A stretch of 64,000 nt of DNA from the NCBI GenBank assembly GCA_044344255.1, contig JBIJDH010000018.1, positions 71,278 through 135,277 on the forward strand, in the 5' to 3' direction. Position 1 is the first letter of the stretch, and each line of letters begins with the position of its first letter. The position numbers and the translations under genes were made by a program. Shown here in pieces: positions 26,880 through 35,235 of the stretch. The notes under the pieces are model-generated. The model ran no database searches, was not told the origin of the DNA, and saw nothing but the letters and a program-made list of their open reading frames with translations. Origin of the DNA: Myxococcota bacterium (GTDB lineage Bacteria; Myxococcota_A; UBA796; UBA2385).

Positions 26880-29069
26880 ATGGTCGACCGGTCGAATCGG
26901 GAGCTTGGACGAACTGGGGCGGCCCCCGCCGAGGCCGGCGCCCCGGGGGCGCGAGGGCCGAACGGCGCCCAAAGCCGCCCGCTGGACCTCAGCCTCTTCC
27001 GGCGGGCGATCCTCGAGCAGTGGCCCACCCTCGTCGCCTTCGCGGGCTCCGTCTTTGTCGCCGCCCTGGTCGTCAGCCTCCTCACCCCGCGCCTCTACGA
27101 CGCCCAGGCCGTGATCCAGCTCCTCCCCCGGGCGGGGCGGGAGGTCGACCTCGCGCAGGCCGTGCGCACCGAAGACGGCGGCTACATGGAGAGCCGGGAC
27201 CGCGCACGGACCCAGATCCAGATCATCCAGAGCCGGGGCGTCGCGGAGGAGGTGCTCCAGCGCTACGCCGCCCAGGGTCAGGACGACCTGCCGGCCACCC
27301 CCGAGGGAGCAGACGCCCTGCTCCGCGCCCTCTCGGCCGGCCCCCGTGAAGACACGCAGCTGGTTGAGATCCACGTGCTCAACCGTGACCCCGAGCGCGC
27401 CGCCCTCCTCGCCAACCTCGTGGCGCAGGTCTACGTCGAGCGCAACCTCGAGGCCCGTCGAGAGGTGGCCGCGCAGTCCCGCGACTGGCTGGGTGGACAG
27501 ACCGAGACCTACAGACAGTCGCTCGACAGCGCCACCCAGGCGGTGATGAGCTTCAAGGCGGAGCACAACCTCGCCGACATCGATGAGTCCACCGACTCCA
27601 TCACCAGCCGCCTCAGCTCGCTGCAGACGGCCATCGCCGAGGCGAACACGCAGGCCGTGCTGCTCGAGAGCTCGCTCCGCAGCCACCAACGCTTGCAGCG
27701 GGACGGTCACTTTGACGTGCTGGTGGGCATGATCGAGGACCCCGCGCTCGAGACCATGGCCAAAGAGCGGGCGATGAAGGCCGCGGCGACCGCGGAGGTC
27801 CTCTCTCGGTACGGGGAGCTGCACCCCGAACACCGGCGCGCCGTCGACGCCCTCGCCCAGCTCGACACCCGCATCCGCCAGGAGGTGGACCGCAACATCG
27901 AGGGCGAGCGGGCCGCGCTCGGCAACCTCAAGCGGCAGGGGGAGAAGCTCCAGGAGGAGCTCGACCGGGTGAAGGGCGAGCTCCTTGAACGGCAGCGGCT
28001 GAGTGAACAGTATTCAGCATTAAAGCTTGAAGAAGACCGTGTTCGTCGTTTGTACGGCTCCCTCGGCGAGCGGGAGGCAGAGGTCGGCCTGCAGGCCCGC
28101 ACCGAGCTGAACGACGTGCACCTCGTCGACGAGGCGCGCGCTCCCTCCTCCCCGGCCAAGCCGAACATCCCGCTCAACCTCGCCATGGCGCTGCTGGTGG
28201 GCGCCGCAGGCGGCTTCGGCCTCGCCTTGCTCCGCCTACGGCTCGACGATCGGGTGCGGGGCGCGGCCGCCCTTCGAGACCTCGCGGAGGCCCCCTTCTT
28301 GGGAGAGCTCCCGAGCGTCGCGGCCACGGTCCCGCCCGACCGCCGCGCCCTCGAGTCTCACGAGAACCCGGGCTCGCTCATGGCCGAGGCGCTCCAGCAG
28401 GTGCGGGCCGCACTGCACCCGGCGCTGGTGCCCGGGGCTGGCCTCCGTGTGCTCGTGACGAGCGCCCTCGAAGATGAAGGTCGCACCGACGTCGCGGTCG
28501 GACTCGCGATCGGCTTCGCCCGCCTCGGGATGAGCACGCTGCTCATCGACGCCGATCTGCGACAGCCGCGCCTGCACGCGGTCTTCGGACAGCCCCAGGG
28601 GCCGGGCCTCGTCGAGGCCACGAAGGGGGTCCGCGGAGATCCGCTCCGCTACGTGCGCAGCACCCCGATGCCCGACCTGCACCTGCTCACGAGCGGCGGA
28701 CCGGCGGAGTTCCCGGGGGAGCTGCTCGCCTCGGTCGAGGTCGACCTGCTGCTCTCTCGCGCCGGTGAGGCCTACCGGCTCGTGATCATCGACAGCCCGC
28801 CCGCCTCCCTGGTCTCGGACGCGCGCCAGCTCAGCCGCTCGACCGACGCCGTGCTCCTCGTCGCCCGGCGCGGCCGGGTGACCCGCAAGGAGGTCGAGGA
28901 GACCGTCGATCAGCTCCGGCGAGCGGGGGCCTGGCTGGCGGGGGTGGTGCTGAATGACGTGCCGCCGCGGGCGGAGGAGCTCCGGTACCGAGCCTCGCTC
29001 CGCCACGCGAGCGCGGCGGCCGCTCCGTCGTCCTCGGCCGCCCCGCTGCGCGGTGACCGCACCCCATGA
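26880..29069 (+). CDS. Polysaccharide co-polymerase / Wzc-like protein (Wzz domain plus coiled coil plus P-loop domain with degenerate Walker A)
   Basis: TM helix, then LLTPRLYDAQAVIQL (Wzz), a long coiled coil and a second TM. C-terminal domain: VTSALEDEGRT (Walker A with Arg in place of Lys), LLIDADLRQP (Walker A'), LVIIDSPP (Walker B). The ATG at 26880 is preceded by GGAGGAGAGGGG. Confidence 0.8.
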   Translation: MVDRSNRELGRTGAAPAEAGAPGARGPNGAQSRPLDLSLFRRAILEQWPTLVAFAGSVFVAALVVSLLTPRLYDAQAVIQLLPRAGREVDLAQAVRTEDGGYMESRDRARTQIQIIQSRGVAEEVLQRYAAQGQDDLPATPEGADALLRALSAGPREDTQLVEIHVLNRDPERAALLANLVAQVYVERNLEARREVAAQSRDWLGGQTETYRQSLDSATQAVMSFKAEHNLADIDESTDSITSRLSSLQTAIAEANTQAVLLESSLRSHQRLQRDGHFDVLVGMIEDPALETMAKERAMKAAATAEVLSRYGELHPEHRRAVDALAQLDTRIRQEVDRNIEGERAALGNLKRQGEKLQEELDRVKGELLERQRLSEQYSALKLEEDRVRRLYGSLGEREAEVGLQARTELNDVHLVDEARAPSSPAKPNIPLNLAMALLVGAAGGFGLALLRLRLDDRVRGAAALRDLAEAPFLGELPSVAATVPPDRRALESHENPGSLMAEALQQVRAALHPALVPGAGLRVLVTSALEDEGRTDVAVGLAIGFARLGMSTLLIDADLRQPRLHAVFGQPQGPGLVEATKGVRGDPLRYVRSTPMPDLHLLTSGGPAEFPGELLASVEVDLLLSRAGEAYRLVIIDSPPASLVSDARQLSRSTDAVLLVARRGRVTRKEVEETVDQLRRAGAWLAGVVLNDVPPRAEELRYRASLRHASAAAAPSSSAAPLRGDRTP

Positions 29070-30433
29070 CCGCGCTCCGGGGGTGGGTCGATCCCGGGTC
29101 GGGCTCCTCCGTCCGGGCCGTCCTCCTGACGGTGGGCTTCGGCCTCCTGGTGGGCCTCGGCCTCGCCTTGCGGCCCGGCCTCGGGGCCGTGGCGCTCGGC
29201 GGCGGGCTCCTCGCCCTGGCCGCGCTGCGGTGGCCCCCGCTGCTCGTCGCCCTGATGTTCACCGGCATCCTCTTCGACCGCATCGGCCTCACCGGCGTCA
29301 AGTTGGCCGACTTTCCGGTGACGGCCTCCAAGCTCACCGTGCTCGGGAGCCTCGGCCTCTGGGTGCTGCACGCGGCGCTCTATCGGACCAGCCCGGTGCG
29401 CGGGCACCGCGTGCTGACCACGATGGCCGTGGTGGTGCTGTCCACCGGCCTCTCCATCGCCTGGAGCGGCACGATGAAGGTGGGCAAGTTCACCCTCTTC
29501 GGGCTCGGGATGATGACGGTGCTCGTCGGGCTGGTCTACGCGGTCTTGACGGAGCGCTCGCTGCAGCCCCTGCTGCGGATCTTCGGGCTGGTCTTCTCGG
29601 TCGTTCTGGCCTTCGCGCTCCTGGGCGGCGGGGGAGGCAGCGGGGAGGCGGCCCGGGCCTCGGGGACGATGGGGGACCCGAACGAGTGGGCCGCGATGGT
29701 GCTGCTCGTGGTGCCCTTCTTGCTCGGCGGCCTCGCCCGTGACCCCCACCCGCTCATCCGCCCCCTGCGGATGGGCCTGTTCTTGATGACCCCCCTCGCG
29801 GTGCTGCAGAGCGAGTCTCGGTCGGCGCTGCTGGTCTTCGCCCTCGTCCTTCCGGGGCTCCTGTTTTTGCTCCGGGAGCGCCGGGGTGAGCTCGGCCTCT
29901 GTGCGGCGGCAGGGGTGGTCGCGGCGCCGCTGGTCGTCGACCTCAGCACCGCCTTCGCGCGCTTCGAACGGCTCCTGCGCGTGCTCGGCGGTGACCACCT
30001 CGGCCAGGACGGCAGCATCTCCGAGCGCACCGAGCTCTTGCGCCAGGGGCGGGAGCTCTTCCTCGAGCACTGGCTGCTCGGGGCGGGCCCTGGGAACTTC
30101 TCGCGGGCGACCGGCTTCATCGGCGAGAACGGCAAGCTCCGACCCGCCCACAACACCTACCTCGAGGTCGCGAGCGAGCAGGGCGTCGTGGGCCTCGTGC
30201 CCTTCGCGGTCTGCATGGTGACGGTGGCCGTCACCCTGATCACGGCCTATCGACGGGCGCCCACCCTCGAGGACCGCAGCCGCGTGGGCGGCGCGATCGT
30301 CGGCCTCGCCGCCTTCGCGCTGATGGCGGCCACCCTCGGCCTGCTCACCTTCTCGATGGCCTATCTCCTGCTCGGGCTCGCCCTGGCCTTCGTGACCCAG
30401 GCCGAGCGGGCGCCCGGGGCCGCCTCGCCATGA
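29066..30433 (+). CDS. wzy: O-antigen ligase/Wzy-type polysaccharide polymerase
   Basis: About 11-12 TM helices. A large loop carries RPAHNTYLEVASEQGVVGL (Wzy_C-type motif). ATGA overlaps at both ends. Confidence 0.8.
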   Translation: MTALRGWVDPGSGSSVRAVLLTVGFGLLVGLGLALRPGLGAVALGGGLLALAALRWPPLLVALMFTGILFDRIGLTGVKLADFPVTASKLTVLGSLGLWVLHAALYRTSPVRGHRVLTTMAVVVLSTGLSIAWSGTMKVGKFTLFGLGMMTVLVGLVYAVLTERSLQPLLRIFGLVFSVVLAFALLGGGGGSGEAARASGTMGDPNEWAAMVLLVVPFLLGGLARDPHPLIRPLRMGLFLMTPLAVLQSESRSALLVFALVLPGLLFLLRERRGELGLCAAAGVVAAPLVVDLSTAFARFERLLRVLGGDHLGQDGSISERTELLRQGRELFLEHWLLGAGPGNFSRATGFIGENGKLRPAHNTYLEVASEQGVVGLVPFAVCMVTVAVTLITAYRRAPTLEDRSRVGGAIVGLAAFALMAATLGLLTFSMAYLLLGLALAFVTQAERAPGAASP

Positions 30434-31971
30434 GCGCAGGCGAGGGCCCCGCCAGTTCGGCCGCTTCGCCGGCCGCCGCCTCGCCCGTCGTCGCCTCGCC
30501 CGTCGTCGCCTCGCCCGTCGTCGCCACGTCGGGGCGCGGCGGGAACCTCGTCGCGCTCGGCCTCGGCCAGTCGGTGCGAATGCTGTCGGGCTTCGCGGTC
30601 AACGTGATGCTGATGCGCTCGCTCGGCGTGGAGGGCTTCGGGATCTACGGCACCGTCATGAACCTCGTGGGGCTGCTCGGCTTCGGGGCCCACCTCGGCA
30701 TGAGCCGCCTCCTCGTGCGACAGATCGCCCGCGATCCGGCGCGGCTCCACGAGCGGGTGCAGACGGGCCTCCTCGCCACGGCCCTGCTCTCGACGCTCAC
30801 GGCTTGCGGGATGGTGCTCTCCGCCCTCACCCTCGACGGCCGGCCGCTCGTGGTGGGGGCCACCGTGCTGGCGGCGGTGGCGATGGGCCTCCAGTCCTTG
30901 GCGATGGTTCCTGAGGCGGCCTTTCACGGGCTCCGTCAGATGGGGCTCTCTGCCCGCGGACAGGTCGCGGGGCGGCTGGTGCTCATGCTGGCCACCGCCC
31001 TCTTCTTGTGGTCCGAGCTCGGGGTGCTCGCCGTGTTCGTCGCCCAGGTGGCCGACGCCCTGGTCGCCTTCGGCCTGCTCTGGTGGGCCTTCCGGGTGGG
31101 GGCCCCCCCGCCGGAGGTCGCCGCTGTCGGGGCCCTGCCCGTCGCCCTGCCCGTCGCTCTGCCCCCGCGGCGGGAGCGGGTGCGCGACCTCGTGCGTGAG
31201 GCGCTGCCCTTCGGTGCTAACGCTCTCTTCGGCGCCATCTACTTGAGCGCAGATGTGCTCCTGCTCGCGCGTTTGCATGGCGACGCCGAGGTGGGCGTCT
31301 ACCGCGGCGCGGTGATGCTGATCAGCCTCTTCCCCGTCATCGCCAACACGCTCACCACCGCGATCTACCCGAGGTTGGCCCTCCACATCGGCGCGCCCGA
31401 GCGGGCAGGGGAGGAGCTCGGCTTCCTCTCGCGGGTCCTGCTCGCGCTGAGCGCTCCGGCGGCGGTGGGCGGGGTGCTCCTCGCCACCCCGCTGATGCTG
31501 CTGTTCGGCGGGCCGGCCTTCGCGGAGAGCGGCCTGCCCTTTCAGATCCTGGCGCCGCTCCTCCCCCTCCGCTTCCTGAACAATGGCTACGCCACCGCGC
31601 TCACCAGCCTCGACCGCCAGGGCGACCGCACCCGGGGTGTGTTCATCGCCGCCCTGCTGAACGTGGGCCTCAACGTCCTCGTCCTGCCTCGCTTCGGGGC
31701 GGTGGGGGCGGCCGCGACCACGCTCCTGACGGAGCTCTTCCTGACCGCTTGGATGGGCTGGCACGTCCGCCCGCTCGTCTCCGGCCTCCGACTGCCCGAG
31801 ACGTTGCTGCGGGTGGCGCTGCCCTCCCTCGGCATGGGCCTCGCCCTCTCGGTGCTGCCACCCGCGCCGGTGCTGGTGCACATCGCGGCCGGAGGAGCGC
31901 TCTTCCTTGTCCTCGGCCGCTGGAGCGGCGCCTGGCGCCCGGCCGATCTCCGTCGCCTCCGGAGGGTTTAA
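30430..31971 (+). CDS. wzx: Wzx-type (MOP superfamily) polysaccharide flippase
   Basis: About 14 hydrophobic helices with polysaccharide-biosynthesis-protein topology. The N-terminal tail contains (ASPVV)x3. Confidence 0.8.
   Translation: MSAGEGPASSAASPAAASPVVASPVVASPVVATSGRGGNLVALGLGQSVRMLSGFAVNVMLMRSLGVEGFGIYGTVMNLVGLLGFGAHLGMSRLLVRQIARDPARLHERVQTGLLATALLSTLTACGMVLSALTLDGRPLVVGATVLAAVAMGLQSLAMVPEAAFHGLRQMGLSARGQVAGRLVLMLATALFLWSELGVLAVFVAQVADALVAFGLLWWAFRVGAPPPEVAAVGALPVALPVALPPRRERVRDLVREALPFGANALFGAIYLSADVLLLARLHGDAEVGVYRGAVMLISLFPVIANTLTTAIYPRLALHIGAPERAGEELGFLSRVLLALSAPAAVGGVLLATPLMLLFGGPAFAESGLPFQILAPLLPLRFLNNGYATALTSLDRQGDRTRGVFIAALLNVGLNVLVLPRFGAVGAAATTLLTELFLTAWMGWHVRPLVSGLRLPETLLRVALPSLGMGLALSVLPPAPVLVHIAAGGALFLVLGRWSGAWRPADLRRLRRV
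30478..30522 (+). repeat. Perfect 15-nt tandem repeat x3 inside the wzx 5' end
   Basis: GCCTCGCCCGTCGTC occurs three times without mismatch and encodes ASPVV-ASPVV-ASPVV. Confidence 0.95.
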
Positions 31972-33123
31972 GTGCCGATCGTCGAGCTCATCCCCAGCCT
32001 CACCGTCGGCGGTGCCGAGCGGGTGGTCACGTTGCTCTCTCTGGCGCTGCGCGCCGAGGGGGCGGCGGTCACGGTGGTGTCTCTGGGGGGGCCCACCGGG
32101 AGCTGGCTCGAGGCGGAGCTCGCCGCTGGCGGCGTGCCCATGCGCTTCCTCGGCAAGGGCCCGGGCTTCGAGCCGCGGATCATCCCTCGCCTCGGGCTCA
32201 CCCTCGCGCATCTCCGGCCGCGGGTGGTCCACAGCCACCTGCACACCCTCAAGTACCTGCTGCCGGCCCACATCGGCGCGCCCCGCTCGGTGATGGTGCA
32301 CACGCTGCACAACGTCGCCCTCCGCGAGGCCACGACCGCCGATCGCCGGCTCCAGCAGCTCGCCTTTCGGCTGGGCGTCGTGCCGGTGTCGATCGGGGAT
32401 GCGGTCAGCGAGAGCTTCCGCGCGGTCTACCGCCTGCCGGAGCCCTCCCTCATCCCGAACGGCATCCCAGTCGCCACCTACGCGCGACCCGCGACCCCCC
32501 GCGAGGCGCTGCGGGCCCGCCTCGGCGTCGGCCCAGACACGCCGGTGCTGCTGAGCGTCGGGCGCCTCAACGCCCAGAAGGACCCCTGCGCCCTCGTCCT
32601 CGCCTTCGCCGATCCGCGGCTCCGCGCGCTCGGCGCCCGCCTCTGGATCGCCGGGGAGGGGGAGCTCCGGGCCGAGGTGGAGGCCGAGGTGCAGCGCGCT
32701 GGCCTCGAGGGCGTCGTCACGCTCCTCGGTGTCCGATCAGACGTGCCCGATCTGCTCGCCGCCGCCGACGTCTTCGTCCTCGCGTCGCGCTACGAGGGCA
32801 ACCCGCTCGTCGTGATGGAGGCGATGGCCGCGGGGCGGCCCGTGGTGGCCACCGCCGTGGGCTGCCTGCCAGAGCTCGTCTCGGACGAGACCGGCCGCCT
32901 CGTGCCTGCAGGGGACGGCCCTGCCCTCTCCGCCGCGATGGTGGCCCTCGCCGGCGATCGGCGGTTGGCGGACCGGCTCGGGGCCGCCGCCGCCGCTGTG
33001 GCCCTCGCGCGTTTTGACGTGCGGGTGATGGCCCGCGCCTACCGGGCCCTCTTCGACCGGCTCCGCCCGGAGGAGGCCCGGCCGGCCTCGGGTGTTAGTC
33101 AGGCTGCCTCTACCCCCTCCTGA
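31972..33123 (+). CDS. GT4-family glycosyltransferase
   Basis: IPSLTVGGAERVV and YEGNPLVVMEAMAAGRPVVAT (E-x7-E). The GTG start follows the wzx TAA directly. Confidence 0.85.
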   Translation: MPIVELIPSLTVGGAERVVTLLSLALRAEGAAVTVVSLGGPTGSWLEAELAAGGVPMRFLGKGPGFEPRIIPRLGLTLAHLRPRVVHSHLHTLKYLLPAHIGAPRSVMVHTLHNVALREATTADRRLQQLAFRLGVVPVSIGDAVSESFRAVYRLPEPSLIPNGIPVATYARPATPREALRARLGVGPDTPVLLSVGRLNAQKDPCALVLAFADPRLRALGARLWIAGEGELRAEVEAEVQRAGLEGVVTLLGVRSDVPDLLAAADVFVLASRYEGNPLVVMEAMAAGRPVVATAVGCLPELVSDETGRLVPAGDGPALSAAMVALAGDRRLADRLGAAAAAVALARFDVRVMARAYRALFDRLRPEEARPASGVSQAASTPS

Positions 33124-33135
33124 GCGTACACCCCG

Positions 33136-34026
33136 ATGTCCCGCCTCACCCTCCCGCTTTGCCTCGTGCTCTCGTCGAGCGGGTTGGCGGTCGGCGCCGC
33201 CGGCCCGGCCCGGGCCGGGGAGACCGCGACGCCGGTGTCCGCGACGTCGGAGGCCCCGCCGCCCGACGAGGCGGGCGCTGCGGTCGGGCCGCTCGACCGA
33301 TCGGCGGGGCGGTATCGTTTTGGCCCCGGTGACACGCTCCGGATCGAGGTCTTCGGGGAGGCCAACCTCACGGGGGTCTTCCCCGTGAGCGACGCGGGCG
33401 AGCTCGACTACCCCCTGCTCGGCGTGCTCAAGGTCGAGGGCCTGACCGCCGCCGAGGTCACCGCGCTCCTGCACGACCGGCTCAAGGATGGCTACCTCTC
33501 GAACCCGAGGGTCATGGCCCGGCCCGAGAGCTACCTCTCCAAGCCCGTGCAGGTGCTCGGAGCGGTCCCCAAGCCGGGCATGTACTACCTCCGCGGCGAG
33601 ACCACCTTGCTCGAGCTGCTCGCCTTGGCGGGGGGCGTGAACCGCTCGGGGGTCGGAGAGCTGCGGGTGACCCACAGCGACAGCGCCGTCGCGGTGTCGG
33701 TGGTCTCCTACGAGGCGCTGATCGGGCGCGGCGAGGGCAACCTCACGGTGGCCGGCGGAGACGTCGTCTTCGTGCCTGAGAGCCACGTCACCGTGATGGG
33801 GCAGGTCCAGAAGCCGGGCGACGTCGCCTTCCGCGAAGACCTCACCGTCTCGGCTGCCATCGCCGCCGCAGGCGGGGCGCTGGGCACCGCGAACCTCGGC
33901 CGCGTCTACATCCTGCGCGGAGACCAGCGCATCCGGGTCGACGTGCGGAAGGCCCTCGCTGGAAAGGTGGAGGACCCCGAGGTGCAGGCAGGAGACCGCA
34001 TTGTGGTGCGGCAGTCGGTCTTCTGA
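33136..34026 (+). CDS. wza: Polysaccharide export outer-membrane protein (Wza/Poly_export plus SLBB)
   Basis: Signal peptide. YRFGPGDTLRIEVFGEANLTGVFPVSDAGELDYPLLGVLKVEGLTAAEV (Poly_export signature), followed by SLBB-like VQVLGAVPKPGMYYL and VTVMGQVQKPG. Confidence 0.85.
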   Translation: MSRLTLPLCLVLSSSGLAVGAAGPARAGETATPVSATSEAPPPDEAGAAVGPLDRSAGRYRFGPGDTLRIEVFGEANLTGVFPVSDAGELDYPLLGVLKVEGLTAAEVTALLHDRLKDGYLSNPRVMARPESYLSKPVQVLGAVPKPGMYYLRGETTLLELLALAGGVNRSGVGELRVTHSDSAVAVSVVSYEALIGRGEGNLTVAGGDVVFVPESHVTVMGQVQKPGDVAFREDLTVSAAIAAAGGALGTANLGRVYILRGDQRIRVDVRKALAGKVEDPEVQAGDRIVVRQSVF

Positions 34027-34173
34027 CGGTCCCCTGCGCGGGCCGGCGCGGCCCGACCCATCCGTGAAGGCGCCGACTGTGGGCTGACTTACATCCGGAG
34101 CGCTGGCCTCACTTTTCCCCTCGACCGTTGAATGGAACGGCTATCCTACTGATCGCGGCACAGGGGAGAAGCG

Positions 34174-35235
34174 ATGCGGGTCTTGGTCACCGGGGGCGCT
34201 GGCTATATTGGTGCGCACCTCGTGGTCGATCTGCTGGCGGCGGGCCATCAGGTGACCGTGGTCGATGACCTCAGCACGGGGAGCCGAGAGGCGCTGCGGC
34301 GCAGCTCTCTATTGGCGGGGCGCTCCTGTCGACTCATCATCGGTGACGTCGCCGACCGCGCGCTGATGCTGCGCGCCCTGTCTGGGATTGACACCGTCTT
34401 TCACCTCGCGGCGCACAAGGCTGTCGGCGAGTCGATGGAGCAGCCGGAGCGCTACCTTAAGAACAACCTCGGCGGCATGGCCTCTCTCATCGAGGCGATG
34501 CAGACGGCGGGCGTGCGGCGGGTGGTGTACTCCTCCACGGCGGCGGTCTATGGCACCCAGGGGGACGGCCCCCTACGAGAGGACGCGCCGCTCCGTCCCG
34601 AGAGCCCCTACGGATACGCCAAGGCCGAAGGGGAGCGGATGCTCGACTGGATGGTGCGCTGCCGCGGCTGGTCGGCGGTGTCTCTCCGATATTTCAATCC
34701 GGTGGGCGCGCACCCCTCCGGCCTCATCGGGGAGCCCGTCGCCCGGGCCTCCAACCTCGTGCCGAGCGTGCTCGTGGCCCTCACCGAGCCCGACCGGCGG
34801 CTCACCATCTTCGGGACAGACTACCCCACGCCCGACGGCACGGGCCTCCGCGACTTCATCCATGTCTGTGACCTCTCTCGGGCCCACCTCGTCGCCCTCC
34901 AGGCCCTGGAGCGCGCGGGGCACCACGTCTACAACGTCGGCACCGGGCGCCCGAGCAGCGTCCGCGAGGTGCTCACCGCCTGCGCGCGGGCAGCGGGGCG
35001 CGACGTGCCCTTTGTGCTCGGCCCGCGTCGGGCGGGAGACGTCGCGGTGGCCGTCGCCGATCCGCGGCGCTTCCAGTCCGAGCTCGGCTTCAGCGCCCGC
35101 CTCAGCCTGGACGACATGGTGGGCTCGGCCTGGCGCTGGTGGACGCTCAATCCCCAGGGCTACGACGTGAATGAGCCGGCCGGCATGGCACGGTACGAGG
35201 GGGCCGACGAGCTCTCCCCGGTGAGCGTCTGGTGA
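34174..35235 (+). CDS. galE: UDP-glucose 4-epimerase
   Basis: MRVLVTGGAGYIGAH (Rossmann), SSTAAVYG, YGYAKAEGE (YxxxK), NPVGAHPSG, DYPTPDGTGLRDFIHV. Confidence 0.9.
   Translation: MRVLVTGGAGYIGAHLVVDLLAAGHQVTVVDDLSTGSREALRRSSLLAGRSCRLIIGDVADRALMLRALSGIDTVFHLAAHKAVGESMEQPERYLKNNLGGMASLIEAMQTAGVRRVVYSSTAAVYGTQGDGPLREDAPLRPESPYGYAKAEGERMLDWMVRCRGWSAVSLRYFNPVGAHPSGLIGEPVARASNLVPSVLVALTEPDRRLTIFGTDYPTPDGTGLRDFIHVCDLSRAHLVALQALERAGHHVYNVGTGRPSSVREVLTACARAAGRDVPFVLGPRRAGDVAVAVADPRRFQSELGFSARLSLDDMVGSAWRWWTLNPQGYDVNEPAGMARYEGADELSPVSVW

Noticed and set aside
34038-34054. Hairpin CGGGCCG-GCG-CGGCCCG after wza as an intrinsic terminator, and TTGAAT...TACTGA as a galE promoter.
   Set aside because: The stem is only 7 bp with a 3-nt loop and no U-tract. 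The promoter hexamers have non-canonical spacing. The evidence is too weak to list as features.
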